This document shows, in pieces, positions 59,770 through 64,000 of a DNA stretch of 64,000 bases. Every line of letters begins with the position of its first letter. Position 1 is the stretch's first letter. The notes beneath the pieces are model-generated. The model was not told where the DNA came from. It saw only the letters and a program-made list of their open reading frames with translations, and made no database searches. This DNA is from Bacteroidia bacterium (GTDB lineage Bacteria > Bacteroidota > Bacteroidia > M30B66): positions 1,120,001 to 1,184,000 of the forward strand of contig OZ257142.1 of NCBI GenBank assembly GCA_965279035.1, given 5' to 3'. The position numbers and the translations under genes were made by a program.

Positions 59770-61359
59770 ATGAAATTTAAATTCCTGCTTATCCTTTCTG
59801 CATTTCTCTTTTCTAATGGAATCCAAGCGCAACGCTATGCCAATAAGGAAACTGAGAAACTCGATTACCTGCTGTATTTCCTAAACAATAATTACGTCGA
59901 TACTGTCAATACTCACCTGATTGTAGAAGAAGGAATTCGAGCTATGCTCAAAGAACTCGATCCACATTCAATCTACATGACCAAAGAAGAACTCAAAGAA
60001 ATGGATGAGCCTTTGGTTGGGAATTTCGATGGAGTTGGTATTCAATTCAACATTCTCGAAGATACCATTGTGGTTGTCAACACCATTGTAGGTGGTCCTT
60101 CCGAAAAACTAGGAATCCTTGCAGGTGATAAAATCGTCAAAATCGAAGGCGAAAACATGGCAGGTATCAAAATCAAAAATAAAGACGTCATCAGCCGACT
60201 TCGTGGAACGCGCGGTACTATCGTTAAAGTAAGCATCTTCAGAAAAGGGGTGAAGAATCTCATCGACTATAGCATCACCCGCGATAAAATTCCACTTACG
60301 AGTATCGATGCAACCTACATGGCTGATGCAGAAACAGGTTATATCAAACTCAGCCGCTTTAGCGCAACTTCTGGAACCGAATTCCTCGAGAGCTTAGAAA
60401 AACTCAAAGGAAAAGGAATGAAAAACTTAGTGATCGACCTTACCGGAAATGGTGGTGGATATCTTCAAACAGCCATCGATATTGCCGACCAAGTTCTTTC
60501 TGATAAAAATATCGTTGTTTATACCAAAGGAAGAACTCCAGGCTCACGTACCGATTACTTTTCTACCTCTAAAGGAATTTTCGAAAAAGGAAAACTGATC
60601 GTACTTATTGACGAAGGTTCTGCTTCAGCTTCCGAAATTGTTTCTGGAGCCGTTCAAGATCTCGATCGTGGATTAATTATCGGCCGTCGCTCTTTTGGTA
60701 AAGGGCTCGTTCAAAATTCCTTTCCTTTCCCCGATGGTTCTGCCATGCGCATGACCACTGCTCGTTATTATACACCAGCTGGTCGTTGTATTCAAAAGCC
60801 TTACGAAAAAGGAGTGGAAGATTATTACGACGATCTAAACAAACGTTTCAAACATGGCGAATTCACCAATCGTGATAGCATCACGTTTGCCGATTCTCTA
60901 AAATTCTACACTCTTGGAAAACGCTTAGTTTATGGTGGAGGTGGTATTATGCCCGATATCTTCATTCCTCTCGATACTTCCGAAAATTCGAAATACCTCA
61001 CGGACGTTTATCGGAAAGGAGTCTTCAACAAATTCACCTTGAAATACGTTGACCAAAATCGCGAACAAATCAAGAAACTCTATCCCGATTTCAAAGCATT
61101 CAAAGCTGGTTTTGTTACTTCCGACGCCATCCTTAGCGAGTTCATAGCTGCAGCCGAAGCCGATGAAATTAAATCCAATACCGAAGATTTAAAAACATCC
61201 GGAAGCTTCATTCGCCGTCAAATTCGCGCTCTCATTGCCAACCAAATTTGGGGAACTAACGAATATTACGAATGCATCAACGAAGGAAATCCAATCCTAA
61301 AAGAAGCACTCATTCAAATGAAGTCGGAGAATTTCAAAAAACTGAAACTTCGATTCTAA
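59770..61359 (+). CDS. S41 C-terminal processing protease (CtpA/Prc-like)
   Basis: LDPHS, PDZ domain, DLTGNGGG, SASASEI, RSFGKGLVQ. Confidence 0.93.
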   Translation: MKFKFLLILSAFLFSNGIQAQRYANKETEKLDYLLYFLNNNYVDTVNTHLIVEEGIRAMLKELDPHSIYMTKEELKEMDEPLVGNFDGVGIQFNILEDTIVVVNTIVGGPSEKLGILAGDKIVKIEGENMAGIKIKNKDVISRLRGTRGTIVKVSIFRKGVKNLIDYSITRDKIPLTSIDATYMADAETGYIKLSRFSATSGTEFLESLEKLKGKGMKNLVIDLTGNGGGYLQTAIDIADQVLSDKNIVVYTKGRTPGSRTDYFSTSKGIFEKGKLIVLIDEGSASASEIVSGAVQDLDRGLIIGRRSFGKGLVQNSFPFPDGSAMRMTTARYYTPAGRCIQKPYEKGVEDYYDDLNKRFKHGEFTNRDSITFADSLKFYTLGKRLVYGGGGIMPDIFIPLDTSENSKYLTDVYRKGVFNKFTLKYVDQNREQIKKLYPDFKAFKAGFVTSDAILSEFIAAAEADEIKSNTEDLKTSGSFIRRQIRALIANQIWGTNEYYECINEGNPILKEALIQMKSENFKKLKLRF

Positions 61360-61376
61360 ATCGAAACAAACCATAG

Positions 61377-61407
61377 AAAGGTGCTTGGAGAAATCTGAGC
61401 ACCTTTT
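61377..61407. terminator. Bidirectional terminator between convergent genes
   Basis: aaaggtgcttgga-gaaa-tctgagcaccttt. Confidence 0.7.
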
Positions 61408-62049
61408 TTATTTCTTTCGAGCCACACTAATCCCATCCCGAATTGGTAGCAATACCGTTTCAATGCGAGAATCTTCTGCCAACTTTCGATTGTATTCCAA
61501 CAACAAGCGAGTATCATGATCGTTCGATTTAAGAGTTTCAACCACCTTTCCGCTCCATAACACATTGTCGGAAAGTATAATTCCTCCTTTGCGAATGCGA
61601 TCAATCACCAAATCAAAATAATCCGAATAGCTTGACTTATCTGCATCAATAAACACGATGTCGAATGTTCCTTCTATTAGAGGAATCAAATCATGTGCAT
61701 CACCAATCATAGGAATAATCCTTCCTTCCATTCCAGCTAATCCAATATAGCGTTTCACTATTTCGTCACGCTCTGGATTATTGTCAATCGTTACCAGCTT
61801 TCCTGTTTCCGATAATCCTTCTGCTAAACACAATGCCGAATAACCTGTATAAGTTCCAATCTCGAGTATTAATTCAGGCTTTATTAAATGACTAATCAAA
61901 CTCAAAAAACGACCTTGTAGATGCCCCGATAGCATTCTCGGTTGCAACACTTTTAAATGCGTCTCCCGATTTAGGCGGTACAATAAGTCCGATTCTTTGC
62001 TACTATGATCCAAAGCATATTGCGCAAGTTTCTCATCAATAAATTCCAT
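61408..62049 (-). CDS. O-methyltransferase (Methyltransf_3, CCoAOMT/TrmR-like)
   Basis: LEIGTYTGYS, FIDADK, DNVLWSG, RDG. Confidence 0.9.
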   Translation of the reverse strand: MEFIDEKLAQYALDHSSKESDLLYRLNRETHLKVLQPRMLSGHLQGRFLSLISHLIKPELILEIGTYTGYSALCLAEGLSETGKLVTIDNNPERDEIVKRYIGLAGMEGRIIPMIGDAHDLIPLIEGTFDIVFIDADKSSYSDYFDLVIDRIRKGGIILSDNVLWSGKVVETLKSNDHDTRLLLEYNRKLAEDSRIETVLLPIRDGISVARKK

Positions 62050-62072
62050 GTATCTCAATATTCAGGTTGATT

Positions 62073-62795
62073 CTATTTGAATAGATGATTAAATACAAAA
62101 CGAAGATGAGCTATCAATGTCTTTCCCATGTTCATTTTCGATTGGCCTTTTCTCCGATCTGTATACAATATCGTGGGAACTTCAACTATTTTCAATCCAG
62201 CCCGTTGAAGTTTAAACAAGATTTCGACTTGACAAATAAACCCCGATTCTTCAATAACGATTTCTCCATTTTGCTTTAGCATTTCCAATGCATCTCGAGA
62301 ATAAATTCGGTAGAAACTAGTCAATGTCTGAAAAGGCAGGCGAAGCACTTTCCGAGTTATTCCATTAGCAACTTTCGATATAAATAAACGCAATGGATGT
62401 GTTTGACTAAATCCGCCACCAGGATAATAAACTGATGCTAATACACAATCATTCGTTTTTACTTGTGTAATCATCAAATCCAAGGATGAAATATCTGCCG
62501 TTCCATCACCTTCCAATGTTAATATGGCTTCACATTCGGCTAGATTTTTTAACACATACCGAAATCCATTTTCAAATGCTTTACCCGGACCTTGATTTTT
62601 TCTTTTTCCAGTAAAATGTATTTTTCCTTCTTTCGCTTCCGATGATAGCCATTCAAAAGTTCCATCGGTAGATCCATCATCACAAATCACCCAAGTAAAT
62701 TCAACCTTTCCTTTCAGTTGTTTTTCGATTGTTTGAATAAGATCAGGTAAATTATCCCTTTCATTAAACACAGGAACAACAATCGCTAAATTCAT
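62073..62795 (-). CDS. GT2 glycosyltransferase (polyprenol-phosphate mannose synthase-like)
   Basis: VVPVFNE, DDGSTDGT, RRKGQSKM. Confidence 0.88.
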   Translation of the reverse strand: MNLAIVVPVFNERDNLPDLIQTIEKQLKGKVEFTWVICDDGSTDGTFEWLSSEAKEGKIHFTGKRKNQGPGKAFENGFRYVLKNLAECEAILTLEGDGTADISSLDLMITQVKTNDCVLASVYYPGGGFSQTHPLRLFISKVANGITRKVLRLPFQTLTSFYRIYSRDALEMLKQNGEIVIEESGFICQVEILFKLQRAGLKIVEVPTILYTDRRKGQSKMNMGKTLIAHLRFVFNHLFK

Positions 62796-63757
62796 AAGAC
62801 TTCCTTTCTCAACTGCCATTCTATTGTTCGATTGAGTCCTTCAGTTAAAGAAACTTGTGCCTTCCAGTTTAAAAGTTTTTCGGCTTTTGCAGAAGATCCA
62901 ACACGTCGCATTACATCTTCATAATCGCCAAAACTTGTATAAGGAATAAATCGAACTCGAGGCTCATCAGCCCGCATTGTATTCCAAACCATTTTGGCTA
63001 GTTCAAGAATCGCAATTTCATCTTCTTCGACAGAACAAAAATTGAAAATCCCGCTTTCAATTTCAGGATGATTTACTATAGCGATAATTCCTCGAATCAA
63101 ATCTTCAATAAATACAAAGCATCGTGTTTGACTTCCATCCCCATGAATTTCTAGTTCTTCTCCACGTTGCGCCTTTTCTATAAATACAGAATGCGGTCCG
63201 CCCCACCAACCAGTAGCTTGTCTTGGTCCATAACATCCAAAAAAGCGCATAATTTGAAAGCCTAATTCAAATTCACGACTTGCTGCAAAAATCAATTGTT
63301 CTGTATGCAATTTAGATGTTGCATAAGCCCATCGTTTAATGTGCGAAGGTCCAATTACACAATCACTGCTCTCTACATAGGGAATCGTAGGATTCTTGCC
63401 ATATACATCACTTGTGGATGCAAATAGTAAACGAACGTTCTTTTTGATGCAGTAATCTATAACAGTGTTAGAAATACGGGCGTTCTCTTGAAGTGTTTCC
63501 CAGCCGGATGAATACCGAGGGATTTTTTGAGAGGCAAGATGTATAACTAAGTCGGCTTCTTGTTTTTTAAGAAGTTCCCAATCTCCAGCATCGGCAATGA
63601 GTAATTCAAAATTAGGGTGATCAATTAATGATTGAAGCGATACAACCTCACCTCGACTTAAATTATCAATTCCAAGAACCCGATGACCTTGAGCAATCAA
63701 GTTTTCGCACAGGTGTGAGCCAATAAATCCAGCAGCGCCGGTAACGATTATTTTCAT
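62792..63757 (-). CDS. NAD-dependent sugar epimerase/decarboxylase (UDP-glucuronate decarboxylase-like)
   Basis: TGAAGFIG, ASTSDVYG, RWAYATSK, GDGSQTRCF. Confidence 0.88.
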   Translation of the reverse strand: MKIIVTGAAGFIGSHLCENLIAQGHRVLGIDNLSRGEVVSLQSLIDHPNFELLIADAGDWELLKKQEADLVIHLASQKIPRYSSGWETLQENARISNTVIDYCIKKNVRLLFASTSDVYGKNPTIPYVESSDCVIGPSHIKRWAYATSKLHTEQLIFAASREFELGFQIMRFFGCYGPRQATGWWGGPHSVFIEKAQRGEELEIHGDGSQTRCFVFIEDLIRGIIAIVNHPEIESGIFNFCSVEEDEIAILELAKMVWNTMRADEPRVRFIPYTSFGDYEDVMRRVGSSAKAEKLLNWKAQVSLTEGLNRTIEWQLRKEVL

Positions 63758-63795
63758 GGAAACACAAAGGTGCTAAATCTTAGCAATCCTAAATC

Positions 63796-64000
63796 TTAAA
63801 TGTTTTCTGATGTTGAGATTTCGGGATGGAAGAATGCAAACACCTTTTCCGCTCGTGCTCGTCCAATCGAAACTTCCAATTGCTCCACACTCAACTCTTT
63901 TATTTTTGAAACTGATCGAAAATCCAATAGAAGTTTTTCAGCAGAATTCTTTCCTATTCCTTCAATTTCCGACAATTCAGTCTTCAGTGTTCCATTATCG
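63796..64000 (-). CDS. uvrC: C-terminal helix-hairpin-helix end of excinuclease UvrC (partial)
   Basis: Manual translation gives ...TELSEIEGIGKNSAEKLLLDFRSVSKIKELSVEQL...IGRARAEKV...; stop at 63796-63798. Confidence 0.75.
   Translation of the reverse strand, partial: DNGTLKTELSEIEGIGKNSAEKLLLDFRSVSKIKELSVEQLEVSIGRARAEKVFAFFHPEISTSENI

Noticed and set aside
29628-61604. Numerous short antisense ORFs in the ORF track (e.g. 44883-45311, 58128-58858)
   Set aside because: Shadow frames opposite well-supported genes, with no motifs of their own.

Overview
AT-rich Bacteroidota chromosome segment, judged by sprA, T9SS C-terminal domains and TAnnTTTG promoters. Most of it is housekeeping: htpG, a cytochrome oxidase accessory cluster, an ABC-F ATPase, deoC with two aldehyde dehydrogenases, gcvH-sprA-ruvA-maeB, cobB, obgE, a peroxiredoxin, an rRNA methyltransferase, csp, an S41 protease and the 3' end of uvrC. 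The first 11.8 kb is accessory. It holds two T9SS cargo genes, an intact IS3-family element, an XRE-HTH gene and a tandem pair of IS4-family elements. The XRE gene is bracketed by ~135-170 bp direct-repeat modules and preceded by an ordered TGAAACA/TGTTTCA array. Both IS types inserted into 7-bp-periodic repeats. The best candidate for an undescribed system is the five-gene operon at 46.4-49.5 kb, next to an MMPL/RND transporter. It encodes a small hydrophobic precursor, a LolA-like protein, a YidD paralogue and two paralogous TPR/membrane proteins, and all five appear to carry signal peptides. All calls come from reading motifs by eye; no database searches were run.
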